Assembly: GCA_963716745.1 (NCBI GenBank)
Contig: OY970320.1
Span: forward strand, 1,920,001-1,984,000
Length of the DNA: 64,000 bases
Direction of reading: 5' to 3'
DNA from: an uncultured Gemmatimonadaceae bacterium
GTDB lineage: Bacteria > Gemmatimonadota > Gemmatimonadetes > Gemmatimonadales > Gemmatimonadaceae
In this document: positions 10,053-19,715 of the stretch, in pieces
Layout: the number at the start of each line of letters is the position of its first letter
How positions within the stretch are numbered: position 1 is the first letter of the stretch
The notes under the pieces: generated by a model
Told to the model about the DNA's origin: nothing
Databases searched by the model: none
Seen by the model: the letters and a program-made list of their open reading frames with translations, nothing else
Program-made: the position numbers and the translations under genes

Positions 10053-11762
10053 ATGCGCATTGCGAGTGTGATCGCGATCGGAATGGGGATCGCAGCGTTG
10101 GCCGGTGCCGTGCGCGGTCAGGAGCAGGTGGCCGGCGCGACGAAGAAACCGGCGGTGAGAGCACCGACGTTCACGAGCGTCACGACCGAGATGCTCACCG
10201 GGGCGGCCAGAGATGGCAAGAACTGGACGACGTACGGCCGCGACTACTCGAATCAGCGCTGGTCGCCGCTCGCGCAGATCAACTCCGAGAATGTGAAAGC
10301 GCTCTCGGTCGCGTGGATCTACCAAACAGGGATCTCGCATCTCGGCTCGTTCGAGACGAGTCCGATCGTGGTCGACGGCGTGATGTATTTGACGACACCG
10401 TACAACACCGCGATGGCGGTCGACGCCCGCACCGGCCGGCAGCTCTGGCGCTACGAGCATAAGATGAGTATCGCGTCGCCGATCTTCTGCTGCGGGCCGA
10501 ACAACCGCGGCGTGGCGATCGCCGGAGGCACCGTGTTCATGGCGACGCTCGACGCGCGATTGGTCGCGCTGGAAGCCGCGACGGGCAAGGTGAAATGGGA
10601 CATCGAGATCGCCGACCCCGAGGCGGGTTACAGCGAAACGATGGCGCCGCTCATCGTGGACAACATGGTGATCGTGGGCGTTTCAGGCGCGGAGTACGGG
10701 ATCCGCGGATTCCTCCGCGCATATGACCGCAATGACGGTCATCAGCTGTGGAATTTCTACACGCTGCCGGACAAAGGCTGGGAGGGCGTGTGGGCGGAGA
10801 AGACGGGCGAAGGGGATGACCTCAAGCGGAACATCGCCGCGGAGAAGGCGGCGATGCCGCAATACGGCGACGCATGGCAGCGTGGCGGCGGGTCGGTCTG
10901 GATGACGCCCGCGTACGATCCGGCGACGAACATGCTGTACTTCGGTGTGGGGAATCCATCGCCCGATCTCGATGGGTCGGTGCGTCCCGGCGACAACCTG
11001 TTCACCGAGTCCGTGGTCGCGATCGACGCGCGGACCGGCGAGTACAAGTGGCATTATCAGGAAGTCCCACACGACGTGTGGGATCTGGATGTCGTGAGCC
11101 CGCCAGTGATCGTCACGCTCAGGGACGGCACCAAGGCGGTGGCGGAGGCGGGGAAGACCGCCTACGTGTATGTCTGGAATGCGGCGACGGGGAAGCTCAT
11201 CCGGCGCTCCGAGGAGTTCAACAAACACGAGAATTATTTCGCACCGCCCACCGCGGATGGCGTGCGCATGCTGCCCGGCGCTAATGGCGGATCGGAATGG
11301 TCGCCGACGGCGGTGAACCCCAAGCTCGGCTACATGTACGTGTTGGGGCTCGAACAGCCGATGATCTATCGCACGCATTCCGCGCCGCTCGACAAGGGCA
11401 AACTGTGGCTCGGTTCGGCGTTCAAAGCGGAGCCAGGCGGCGTGCAGTCGGGCACGTTCACGGCGATCGACTTGAACACGGGCAAGCGCGCCTGGCAGGC
11501 AAAGACCGAGCAGCCAATGATCGGCGGCGCGCTGGCGACGGCGGGCGGTCTCGTCTTCACGGGCGAAGGCAACGGCATGTTCAAGGCGTACGACGCGAAG
11601 ACCGGCAAAGTACTCTGGCAATTCCAGGCGGGTGCCGGATGCAATGCGCCGCCGGTGACGTACTCCCTTGATGGCAAGCAGTACATCGCGGTCGCCTGTG
11701 GCGGGAATTTCCAGATCGGCTACCCGCTCGGCGACGCGGTGCTCGTGTTCGCCATTCGGTAG
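10053..11762 (+). CDS. Periplasmic PQQ-dependent alcohol dehydrogenase family protein
   Basis: Signal peptide; vicinal CC (CCGPNNRG), GAEYGIRG, GVGNPSP, PHDVWDLD; repeated W-docking beta-propeller motifs. Confidence 0.9.
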   Translation: MRIASVIAIGMGIAALAGAVRGQEQVAGATKKPAVRAPTFTSVTTEMLTGAARDGKNWTTYGRDYSNQRWSPLAQINSENVKALSVAWIYQTGISHLGSFETSPIVVDGVMYLTTPYNTAMAVDARTGRQLWRYEHKMSIASPIFCCGPNNRGVAIAGGTVFMATLDARLVALEAATGKVKWDIEIADPEAGYSETMAPLIVDNMVIVGVSGAEYGIRGFLRAYDRNDGHQLWNFYTLPDKGWEGVWAEKTGEGDDLKRNIAAEKAAMPQYGDAWQRGGGSVWMTPAYDPATNMLYFGVGNPSPDLDGSVRPGDNLFTESVVAIDARTGEYKWHYQEVPHDVWDLDVVSPPVIVTLRDGTKAVAEAGKTAYVYVWNAATGKLIRRSEEFNKHENYFAPPTADGVRMLPGANGGSEWSPTAVNPKLGYMYVLGLEQPMIYRTHSAPLDKGKLWLGSAFKAEPGGVQSGTFTAIDLNTGKRAWQAKTEQPMIGGALATAGGLVFTGEGNGMFKAYDAKTGKVLWQFQAGAGCNAPPVTYSLDGKQYIAVACGGNFQIGYPLGDAVLVFAIR

Positions 11763-11769
11763 AGCGCGA

Positions 11770-13086
11770 ATGCGCGGCCTGAAACTCGCGGCCTTGGCTT
11801 CGCTGGCGCTGGTCGCTCCGAGCGCGGCGGCGCAGGGCATCGTGATGGGGACCGTGAGTGGATGGACGTTCTCCTTTTCGGGAAACGTCAACGCCTTCAT
11901 CGTCTACACCGATCCCAAATGCGCCGACGGCTCGCCGACATGTGATTTCGCGGGCAACCTCATCCCGACTGGCTCGGAGCAGAAGGTCCTTCGGGTACGC
12001 ACGGGACTCGCGCCAGCGTTCGCGATCTTCGAGGTAAAAGGGAAGGAAGCGGGCCTCGATGTCGGAGCCCATTTTGGGATCGCGCCGGAGATCCAATCTC
12101 TTGGGCAGTTACACGACAGTTGTGGGGCAGCATATGGTCAGTGCGGCGCCCAGATCGACCTGCGCGAGGCGTACATGACTGTTGGGGGGTCGTGGGGCCA
12201 GCTGCTCGCGGGTCGCGCGCTCGGACTGTACCAGCAACAGAATTACTTGACCGACATGACCATGTTCGGCGTGGGGCTGAGCGGCGGCGGCGCGGGATTC
12301 ACCGGCAATAGCACGACGCTTGGGCACATTGGCACCGGATACAGTTACCCGAATTTCAACGCACAGATCACGTTCAGCACGCCATCGAACCGGCCGTGGC
12401 AGCTCTCTGTAGGGCTGTTCGATCCGAGCGTGATCAATGCGGTCGATGGCGCCGTGCCTGTCGGCCAGTGTTGCTTCGATGTGACGCAGTCGCCTCGCAT
12501 TGAGACCGAGGTGACCTACATCAAGCACTCGGGCGGCATTGGTTCCGCCGACAAATTCATGTTCTACGCGAGCGGATTGCTCGCGAACGTGAAGAACGTG
12601 TCGTCAGGCGATTCCTGTGCGCCGTACTTCGGGGACCCGACCGGCTGCAAAGATGCTGTGACGCCGTGGGGACTCGCCACCGGGATGGAGTGGAACAAGA
12701 ACGGCGTGCAACTCGACCTCTCGGGCTTCTATCAGGAGGGAGTCGGCACGGCGCTCATGTTCACCGATGGGCTCGGCGTCGATTACGCCGGCGACCGGCG
12801 CGTCTCCTACGGCTACCTGCTCCAGCTGCAATGGATGCCGAAGGACAGTAAGTGGAAGTTCGGTGCGTCGTACGGCGACACCGACCTCGAGCGCAGTGGC
12901 GATGACGTGGACAACAGGAACGACTTCCTGATGAAGTACAACACGGCGACCGTCGGCGCCGTGACGTATCTGTGGACGCGCTCATTCCGGTCGGTGCTCG
13001 AGTATACCTATGGCGACAGCGAGGCGTACGACGGCACGAAGATCACTTCGAGCCAAGGCGCACTGGGAGTGATGCTGTTCTTCTGA
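11770..13086 (+). CDS. Outer-membrane porin
   Basis: Signal peptide, FSGNVNAF start of barrel, amphipathic beta strands, C-terminal Phe; co-directional with the PQQ enzyme. Confidence 0.75.
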   Translation: MRGLKLAALASLALVAPSAAAQGIVMGTVSGWTFSFSGNVNAFIVYTDPKCADGSPTCDFAGNLIPTGSEQKVLRVRTGLAPAFAIFEVKGKEAGLDVGAHFGIAPEIQSLGQLHDSCGAAYGQCGAQIDLREAYMTVGGSWGQLLAGRALGLYQQQNYLTDMTMFGVGLSGGGAGFTGNSTTLGHIGTGYSYPNFNAQITFSTPSNRPWQLSVGLFDPSVINAVDGAVPVGQCCFDVTQSPRIETEVTYIKHSGGIGSADKFMFYASGLLANVKNVSSGDSCAPYFGDPTGCKDAVTPWGLATGMEWNKNGVQLDLSGFYQEGVGTALMFTDGLGVDYAGDRRVSYGYLLQLQWMPKDSKWKFGASYGDTDLERSGDDVDNRNDFLMKYNTATVGAVTYLWTRSFRSVLEYTYGDSEAYDGTKITSSQGALGVMLFF

Positions 13087-13098
13087 CCGGGGAGCGCG

Positions 13099-13953
13099 CT
13101 AGCGAAGCGCGCGCTCGATCCAGCTCCAATACAACTCGCCGCCGCTCTCCGACAGTCCGTTGTGGGCGCCGCCCGGGACGATCAACAACTCTCCTGGGTG
13201 TCGCGCCGCGGCGAACACCTCACGGCCCATCGACGCGGGGATGACGCGATCGTGATCGCCATGCGCGACCCACACCGGTGCGTCGACCAGTGCGATACGT
13301 GCTCGGGTGTCATACGGGATGCGGCCGATCAGCGGCCACGCCAATCGCGCGAGCGGCGTGCCGAATCGTGCCGCCATTCCACGCGCCGTCGTGAACGGCG
13401 ATTCCAGCACGAGCACGCTCGGAGGTGTCTCGCTCGCGAGTTCGGTGGCTACGGCCGTGCCGAGCGAGTGTCCGTAGTACGCGACGACTGCCCCCGTTCC
13501 GAACCGCGCGCGGACGAATGCGAGCGCCGCGCGCGCATCGAGGCGGACCCCATCGGCCGACGGCGGCCCCGGCAATCCGTTGTAGCCGCGATACTCGGCC
13601 AGCACCACGACATAGCCCGTACGCAGTGCGACTTCGCTGGCCCAAGGCGCGAGCCATGGTGCGATGTCCGCGTTCCCATGAAAAGCGAGCAGCACTCGTG
13701 CCGTGGCAGGTGCCCGCGGCGGGGTTCCGATCACCAGTGCATAGAGGCGCTGCCCATCGACAGCGACGAATTCGACGCGCTCAGCGCCCGTAGGCGTGGG
13801 CTCGATGACCCGTGGCGCTTGGAACGTGATGCGGTCCTGCGCGATCCAGAAGAACGCGAGGAGGGCCAAACCGACCGCGACCACGACGATGACGAGTGTG
13901 ATCAACACTCGCCGGACCCAGTGAGCGATGCGATCCCCGCCGCCGCTGCCCAC
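13099..13953 (-). CDS. Alpha/beta hydrolase with N-terminal TM helix
   Basis: FHGNA, EYRGY, GHSLG nucleophile, HGDHD...GAHN. Confidence 0.88.
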   Translation of the reverse strand: MGSGGGDRIAHWVRRVLITLVIVVVAVGLALLAFFWIAQDRITFQAPRVIEPTPTGAERVEFVAVDGQRLYALVIGTPPRAPATARVLLAFHGNADIAPWLAPWASEVALRTGYVVVLAEYRGYNGLPGPPSADGVRLDARAALAFVRARFGTGAVVAYYGHSLGTAVATELASETPPSVLVLESPFTTARGMAARFGTPLARLAWPLIGRIPYDTRARIALVDAPVWVAHGDHDRVIPASMGREVFAAARHPGELLIVPGGAHNGLSESGGELYWSWIERALR

Positions 13954-13957
13954 GCCG

Positions 13958-14488
13958 TCACGTGAGCCAGCGAGTGAGCGCGGAGCTCGGGAATCGTGCT
14001 CGCAGCCACGCGTCGCATCCCCACACCCTGCCCGCGCGGCTGCCGAAGAAGATGATCATCGAGGTCGCGAGCATCACGTGAAAGCCGAGCTGCCCCGAAC
14101 TCATGTGCTGGACGGCCAGCCCATACAGCAATGTGAGCGCCATGCCCACCACTGCGCCGAGCGGCGTGAGCAAGCCAGCGACGAGCGAGATCCCGACGAA
14201 TACTTCGCCGAGCGCGGTCAGGTTCGCGTAGAGCCCGGGGTCGGGGACGACGCTCTCCAGCAGGAACGTGCGGTAGGCGGGAAACGGATTTTCGGCGGCG
14301 TATTTCGCCAACAGTTTCGGCATCGTGTTCACCCAGCGATCCGAAGCCGCTGGCAGCGGCAGAAATCCCCACGCGAGCCTGATGGTGAGTTTGGTGACCA
14401 CCCCCTTCACGAACCACGCGCCAACGACCAACCGCAGTACAGCGAGCCAGCGCGCCGGCGCGCGCATGCCCGTCGACTCAACGGCCAT
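13958..14488 (-). CDS. DoxX/DoxD-like membrane protein
   Basis: LRLVVGAWF...GEVFVGISLVAGLLT...G.D pattern, about 4 TM helices. Confidence 0.75.
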   Translation of the reverse strand: MAVESTGMRAPARWLAVLRLVVGAWFVKGVVTKLTIRLAWGFLPLPAASDRWVNTMPKLLAKYAAENPFPAYRTFLLESVVPDPGLYANLTALGEVFVGISLVAGLLTPLGAVVGMALTLLYGLAVQHMSSGQLGFHVMLATSMIIFFGSRAGRVWGCDAWLRARFPSSALTRWLT

Positions 14489-14846
14489 CGTCGCCTTTGA
14501 CGAAGGGACGCGTGGTGCCGGTGAGACCCTCCGGCCGCGTGGCGGGCGGCCGCCAGAGCGCGACGTCCTCGATCTTCCGCGCGAGCTCGAGATCCTTCTC
14601 GGTGAGGCCGTTCGCCGAGTGCGTGCGCAGTCGCACGGTGACGCTCGGCCACGAGACCGCGAGATCGGGGTGATGGTCCGCGGCCTCGGCGACGAAGCCG
14701 ATCGCGTTCACGAGCATGAGCGTCGTGGGCCAGCCGTCCGTCTTGTAGCGCCGGGTGAGCCAGCCGTCGACGACCGACCATCCCGGCATCTTCACGACGA
14801 ACGCGGCGACCTCGGCGTCGGGGATCATGCGCTCCTGGCGTGCCAT
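14478..14846 (-). CDS. Pterin-4-alpha-carbinolamine dehydratase
   Basis: AEAADHHPDL...THSANGLTEKDLELA. Confidence 0.9.
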   Translation of the reverse strand: MARQERMIPDAEVAAFVVKMPGWSVVDGWLTRRYKTDGWPTTLMLVNAIGFVAEAADHHPDLAVSWPSVTVRLRTHSANGLTEKDLELARKIEDVALWRPPATRPEGLTGTTRPFVKGDDGR

Positions 14847-14860
14847 GGCGAGCTCCGGAT

Positions 14861-15364
14861 TCAGGTCATCAGTTCGCGATACGCGGCCGCTTGTCCGAAA
14901 TTCTCCTCGACCTCGACCTCAACGGCCGTGAGCGTCGCGGTCTTCTGCGTCTTGAATTCTGCGAGGACGCGCTGCGTGAGATACTGCGCGAGCATCTCCA
15001 CGGTGGTGTTCGGAATCGGCAGGAGCGCGCACTCTTCGCGCGGGAAGACGTACTTCGGTTTTCCCTGGAAGGCGACGTGCACGGCATCGCCGCGGGTCTC
15101 GATCGCGAGCTTCGGGTTCTCCATCGGGAGGAGCATCTTGTGATCCAGCTCCTCGCAGAGCTTGCGCATCATCTGTTTCACGACCGAGAAATCCACGACG
15201 TACCACGATTCCTCGTCCACCGTGCCGTCGAGCGTGACCGCGACGCGATAGTTATGCCCGTGCAATGGTTCGCAGCGGTGACCGGCGAAGGTGATGAAAT
15301 GCGCGGCCGGGAAGACGAGATAATCCTTCGTCACCGCGACCCGAAAAGTGCCTCGCATCCGCAT
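14861..15364 (-). CDS. queD: 6-carboxytetrahydropterin synthase / PTPS family
   Basis: FPAAHF, CEPLHGHNY (CxxxHGH), VDF, LDH, NTTVEMLA; GAGG 6 nt upstream of ATG 15364. Confidence 0.82.
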   Translation of the reverse strand: MRMRGTFRVAVTKDYLVFPAAHFITFAGHRCEPLHGHNYRVAVTLDGTVDEESWYVVDFSVVKQMMRKLCEELDHKMLLPMENPKLAIETRGDAVHVAFQGKPKYVFPREECALLPIPNTTVEMLAQYLTQRVLAEFKTQKTATLTAVEVEVEENFGQAAAYRELMT

Positions 15365-15516
15365 GTGCATCCTCGCCCGTGCGATCCGCGTGAACGCCGG
15401 GAGGCGCGATGCGGATCGATACCCGCAAGATCGCCGCCGCACCGAGGCGGGGTCAAGCGCGGCGCGCGGCAATGCCCAGGGTACCGCTCCTCGCGCGCAC
15501 CGACCAATTTTCCCGC

Positions 15517-16803
15517 ATGCGAATCCCGGTCGAAAGTTTCGAGCTCGCGAATGGGCTGCGTGTGACGCTCTCGGAGGACCACACGGCGCCGATCGTCGCC
15601 GTGAATCTGTGGTATCACGTCGGCTCGGCGAACGAGCGTCCGGGGCGCACGGGGTTCGCGCATCTGTTCGAGCACATGCTCTTCCAGGGCTCGGAACACG
15701 TGTCGTCGAACGAGCATTTCGAGTTGATCCAGCGCGCGGGCGGCACGCTCAACGGATCCACATGGCTCGACCGGACGAATTACTTCGAGACCGTGCCCTC
15801 GAACCATCTCGCCACCGCGCTCTGGCTCGAGGCGGACCGGATGGGCTTCCTCATTCCCGCGATGACGCAGCAGAAGCTCGACACGCAGCGCGATGTCGTG
15901 AAGAACGAGCGCCGGTGGAGCATGGACAACCAGCCGTACGGCACGTGGTGGGAGAAACTGCCGGCACTCGCCTTTCCGCCGGAGCATCCGTTCCATCACT
16001 CACTGATCGGTTCGATGGAGGATCTTTCCGCGGCGAGCCTGGCCGACATCGAGGCGTTCTTCAAGACGTACTACACGCCGGACAACGCGGTGCTTTCCAT
16101 CGCGGGCGATGTCGATCCTGCTGAGGCGCGCATGCTCGTCGAGCGCTACTTCGCGCCGTTGCCGCGCGGCAGTGCGCGTCCGGCGCTGCCCGATATGCGT
16201 GTGCCGCCACTCTTCGGCGACTGGCGGCGTGAGACGGTCCTGGATGAGGTCGCTCTGCCGCGTCTCTTCCTCGCCCTGCGTGCGCCGGTGTTCGGCAGCG
16301 AGGAATATTACGCCGCGAGCACGCTCGGCGCGGTGCTCGGCATGGGCAAGGCGAGCCGCCTGCAGCAGCGACTCGTGCGCGATCGCGAGATCGCCTCGGA
16401 CGCGACAGCGTTCACGCTCGATCTCGCGAAGGGCACGGACTTGTTGGTGGCCGACGTGACCGGCCGGCCCGGCGTCGCGGCGGACCGTTTGGAAGTCGAG
16501 ACGGCTCGCGAACTGGACGCGCTTCGTCGCGAGGGCGTGCGGCCTGATGAAGTGGAGCGCGCGCTCGCGATGATCGAGACCGCGCTCGTCCAGTCGTTGC
16601 AATCGGCGAGTGAGCGCGCCGACAAACTCTCACAGTTCGCGACATATCTCGGCGATCCCGCTCTCGTGAACGTGCAGGCCGAGCGCTACCGGGCGGTGAC
16701 TGCGGAACATGTGAACGCGTTCGCGCGACGCGCACTGGGCGAGGACAACCGCGCGAGTCTCCTCTACGTGCCGCGCGCGAAGGCGGAGGAGGCCGCCGCG
16801 TGA
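15517..16803 (+). CDS. M16 (pitrilysin) family zinc peptidase, catalytic subunit
   Basis: GFAHLFEHMLF (HxxEH), NGST..DRTNYF, VVKNERR. Confidence 0.92.
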   Translation: MRIPVESFELANGLRVTLSEDHTAPIVAVNLWYHVGSANERPGRTGFAHLFEHMLFQGSEHVSSNEHFELIQRAGGTLNGSTWLDRTNYFETVPSNHLATALWLEADRMGFLIPAMTQQKLDTQRDVVKNERRWSMDNQPYGTWWEKLPALAFPPEHPFHHSLIGSMEDLSAASLADIEAFFKTYYTPDNAVLSIAGDVDPAEARMLVERYFAPLPRGSARPALPDMRVPPLFGDWRRETVLDEVALPRLFLALRAPVFGSEEYYAASTLGAVLGMGKASRLQQRLVRDREIASDATAFTLDLAKGTDLLVADVTGRPGVAADRLEVETARELDALRREGVRPDEVERALAMIETALVQSLQSASERADKLSQFATYLGDPALVNVQAERYRAVTAEHVNAFARRALGEDNRASLLYVPRAKAEEAAA

Positions 16804-18176
16804 CGAGCGTATTCGCGACACGCCCCGCGCCGACCGCGCCGCGGCCGTATCGCTTTCCGGCATTCGAGCGCCAGGAGCTGAGCAACGGACTGCGACTCGT
16901 GGTGGCCCCGATGCACAAGCTGCCGCTCGTCACTGTGACGCTCGTGGTGGACGCGGGCGCGATGATGGAGCCGGCGGGGCGCGATGGCGTTGCGAGTCTC
17001 ACGGCGCGTGCGCTGCTCGAGGGGACATCGCGTCTCAGTGCCGCGGAGCTGACCGGTCGCCTGGAGCGGATCGGCGCATCGGTCTCGTCCGACGGCGACT
17101 GGGATACGGCAGGCGCGGGCGTGACCGTGCTCCGCGCGCATTTGGAGGAGGCGGTCGCGCTGCTGGCGGAGATCATGCTCACGCCGGCGTTCCCTTCACG
17201 CGAAGTCGAGCGGCTCAAGTCCGAACGATTGGCGGACATCATGCAATCGCGCGCGGAGCCGCGGGGGTTGGCCGATGAAGTGTTCGCACGGGCGATTTAC
17301 GCGCCCGAATCGCGGTACGCGCGCCTGGATCGTGGCAGCGCCGAGTCCGTGGCGAAGCTGGACCCGCACTCGATCGCGACGTTCCATGCGGCACGCTACC
17401 GGCCCCGCGGCTCGACACTCATTATGACTGGTGACATCACCGTGGCGGACGCGGCGAAGATCGCAGAGCGAACATTCGGTGGGTGGAGCGGCGATGCGGC
17501 GGGATCCGTGCCGCTGGCGGACGGGGCGGCACGGACGACGAGAGCGCTCCATCTCGTGGCACGTCCTGACGCGCCGCAGTCCGAGATCCGGCTGGGGCAC
17601 GTAGGTCTCCCGCGCTCGCATCCCGACTACTTCCCGGTGCTGTTAATGAACGCGATCCTGGGCGGGCTCTTCTCCTCGCGGATCAATCTCAATCTCCGGG
17701 AGCGGCACGCGTACACCTACGGAGCGCACTCGGCGTTCGAGTGGCGGCGCGGAGCGGGGCCGTTCGATGCGTCGACCGCGGTGCAGAGCGACGTGACCGC
17801 GGCCGCCGCGCGCGAGATCCTGAAGGAGATCGACACGATCCGGAACGTGCCGGTCGCGGCCGATGAACTGGAGCTCGCGAGCAACTATCTCGCGGGTGTC
17901 TTTCCCATCAAATACGAGACGACGGACGCGGTCGCGCGCGCGCTCGCGGCGATGGTGGTGTTCTCGCTGCCGACCGACTACTTCGACCGCTACCGCGATA
18001 GTGTGCGGAGCGTGACCGTCGCCGACGTGCAACGCGCCGCGCAGACGCACATCCATCCCGACGCACTGCAGCTCGTGGTGGTGGGCGATGCGTCCGCGAT
18101 CCGTGCGCCGCTCGAGGCGCTTACGTTCGGGCCGCTGATCGAGTACGGCCGCGACGGCGCACCACTCGCGCCGTGA
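16800..18176 (+). CDS. M16 family peptidase, non-catalytic partner subunit
   Basis: M16 fold without HxxEH; ILGGLFSSRINLNLRERHAYTYG (R/Y pair). Confidence 0.9.
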   Translation: MTSVFATRPAPTAPRPYRFPAFERQELSNGLRLVVAPMHKLPLVTVTLVVDAGAMMEPAGRDGVASLTARALLEGTSRLSAAELTGRLERIGASVSSDGDWDTAGAGVTVLRAHLEEAVALLAEIMLTPAFPSREVERLKSERLADIMQSRAEPRGLADEVFARAIYAPESRYARLDRGSAESVAKLDPHSIATFHAARYRPRGSTLIMTGDITVADAAKIAERTFGGWSGDAAGSVPLADGAARTTRALHLVARPDAPQSEIRLGHVGLPRSHPDYFPVLLMNAILGGLFSSRINLNLRERHAYTYGAHSAFEWRRGAGPFDASTAVQSDVTAAAAREILKEIDTIRNVPVAADELELASNYLAGVFPIKYETTDAVARALAAMVVFSLPTDYFDRYRDSVRSVTVADVQRAAQTHIHPDALQLVVVGDASAIRAPLEALTFGPLIEYGRDGAPLAP

Positions 18177-18721
18177 AGCCTGGAAGAGTCGACGGCGAGC
18201 GGAAGTACACCGGCCGGGTGATCAGCCTCGACCTCGATCGGGTGCGTTTTCCGGATGGCACCATCGGCGAGATCGAGATGATCCGGCACCCCGGCGCGAG
18301 CGCGGTCGTTCCGTTGTTGAGCAGCGCGGATGCGGCCGACCCGCAATTGCTGCTCATCCGTCAGTACCGCTACGCGACCGAGGGCTTCGTGTATGAAGTG
18401 CCGGCCGGCCGGCTGGAACCCAACGAAACGCCGGACGCGTGTGCAGGCCGCGAGTTGCGCGAGGAGACCGGTTGTACTGCGGAACACATCGAGCATGTGT
18501 TCACGATGTTCACGACGCCGGGATTCACCGATGAGAAGATCCATGTCTTCCTCGCCACGGGGCTCACGCGCGGATCGCACGCGCACGAGGGGGACGAATT
18601 CATCGAACTCGTGCCGGTGCTCCTCTCGCGAGCGCTCGAGATGATCCAGAAGAACGAGATCGTCGACGCGAAGACCGCCCTCGCCATCCTCTATGTGGCG
18701 GGGTTCAAGCTCGGGAAATAG
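18173..18721 (+). CDS. NUDIX hydrolase (ADP-ribose pyrophosphatase-like)
   Basis: EVPAGRLE...ACAGRELREETG Nudix box; RQYR; TPGFTDE. Confidence 0.9.
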   Translation: MKPGRVDGERKYTGRVISLDLDRVRFPDGTIGEIEMIRHPGASAVVPLLSSADAADPQLLLIRQYRYATEGFVYEVPAGRLEPNETPDACAGRELREETGCTAEHIEHVFTMFTTPGFTDEKIHVFLATGLTRGSHAHEGDEFIELVPVLLSRALEMIQKNEIVDAKTALAILYVAGFKLGK

Positions 18722-18774
18722 CCCGGTGCGGGTCATGCGCCACGTACCCCGATGTCCTACCCGATCCCGTACTG

Positions 18775-18811
18775 CGTCCCACACGGAGGACAAGTCGTCC
18801 CATACGGAGGA
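18775..18811 (+). repeat. 16-bp tandem direct repeat with 21-bp period (putative activator sites)
   Basis: CGTCCCACACGGAGGA (18775-18790) and CGTCCCATACGGAGGA (18796-18811), 15/16 identical. Confidence 0.7.
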
Positions 18812-18890
18812 GGCTCCGGTGATCGAGGTGTGCTATGGAATCTCTTATATAGCATGCACTTAGCAATCAGTTGGTACGGAGGGCCATCTC

Positions 18891-18905
18891 CGGCACGGCA
18901 TCTGC
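18891..18905 (+). promoter_or_regulatory. Putative sigma54 (-24/-12) promoter
   Basis: CGGCACG-GCAT-CTGC, i.e. GG-N10-GC, close to TGGCACG-N4-TTGC. Confidence 0.55.
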
Positions 18906-18992
18906 CAGTGATAGTGGCCGCAACCTTGGGCGATTCGCGCCCCGCATCTCTGCGGGACGAACGGACGCTCGAGGCCGACCGGGGAGACTGCC

Positions 18993-19655
18993 ATGCAGAG
19001 TGCCGCCGTCAGCCGCAGGATCGCGCCCGCGCTTCTCGAGACGCTTCCCGTGCCGCCGCTCACGCGGCGTGAACAGCTCGCTGCCCTTGATGATGGCGCC
19101 CTCGTCGCCGCCTTCAGCGCCGGCGACGACCGGGCCTTCGAGACACTGGTGCTTCGCTATCAAGCGCGCCTGCTCAATTTCATCTGCCGCACGATCGGCG
19201 ATCGCGAACGCGGCGAAGACTTGGTGCAGGAAGTGTTCATCCGCGTGCACCGGCATGCGCACCGCTTCGATCCATCGAAGAAGTTCTCGACGTGGATCTA
19301 TACGATCGCTTCGAACCTCGCGAAGAACGAGCTGCGCAATCGCTCGCGCAATCCACTGGTGCTCTTCCAGGCACTCCAGCAGAACTGGGATGATGAGGAC
19401 CGCCCGCTCCAGTTCGAGGACCACCAGTCGCGGCCGGATGACATGTACCGCCGCCGGTATCTCCGCGAGAAGGTGGAGGATGCGATCACGCGGCTGCCCG
19501 AACATCATCGCCAGGTCTTCGTGCTGCGCGAACTCGAGGGGAAGCCATACGAGGAGATCGCGGTGATCACGGGCTGCAACTTGGGCACCGTGAAGTCCCG
19601 CTTGAACCGGGCGCGCGCGGCATTCGCGGAGATCATCGAGCCGGCACTGGTCTAA
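18993..19655 (+). CDS. ECF RNA polymerase sigma factor (RpoE-like)
   Basis: EDLVQEVF, FSTWIYTIASN, YEEIAVITGCNLGTVKSRLNRAR. Confidence 0.93.
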   Translation: MQSAAVSRRIAPALLETLPVPPLTRREQLAALDDGALVAAFSAGDDRAFETLVLRYQARLLNFICRTIGDRERGEDLVQEVFIRVHRHAHRFDPSKKFSTWIYTIASNLAKNELRNRSRNPLVLFQALQQNWDDEDRPLQFEDHQSRPDDMYRRRYLREKVEDAITRLPEHHRQVFVLRELEGKPYEEIAVITGCNLGTVKSRLNRARAAFAEIIEPALV

Positions 19656-19715
19656 GGGTCCGGCCGAGGCCGCCAGGCGGCGGGGAACCGTGGAGGGAAC
19701 TCCGCGCGGGGAGAC

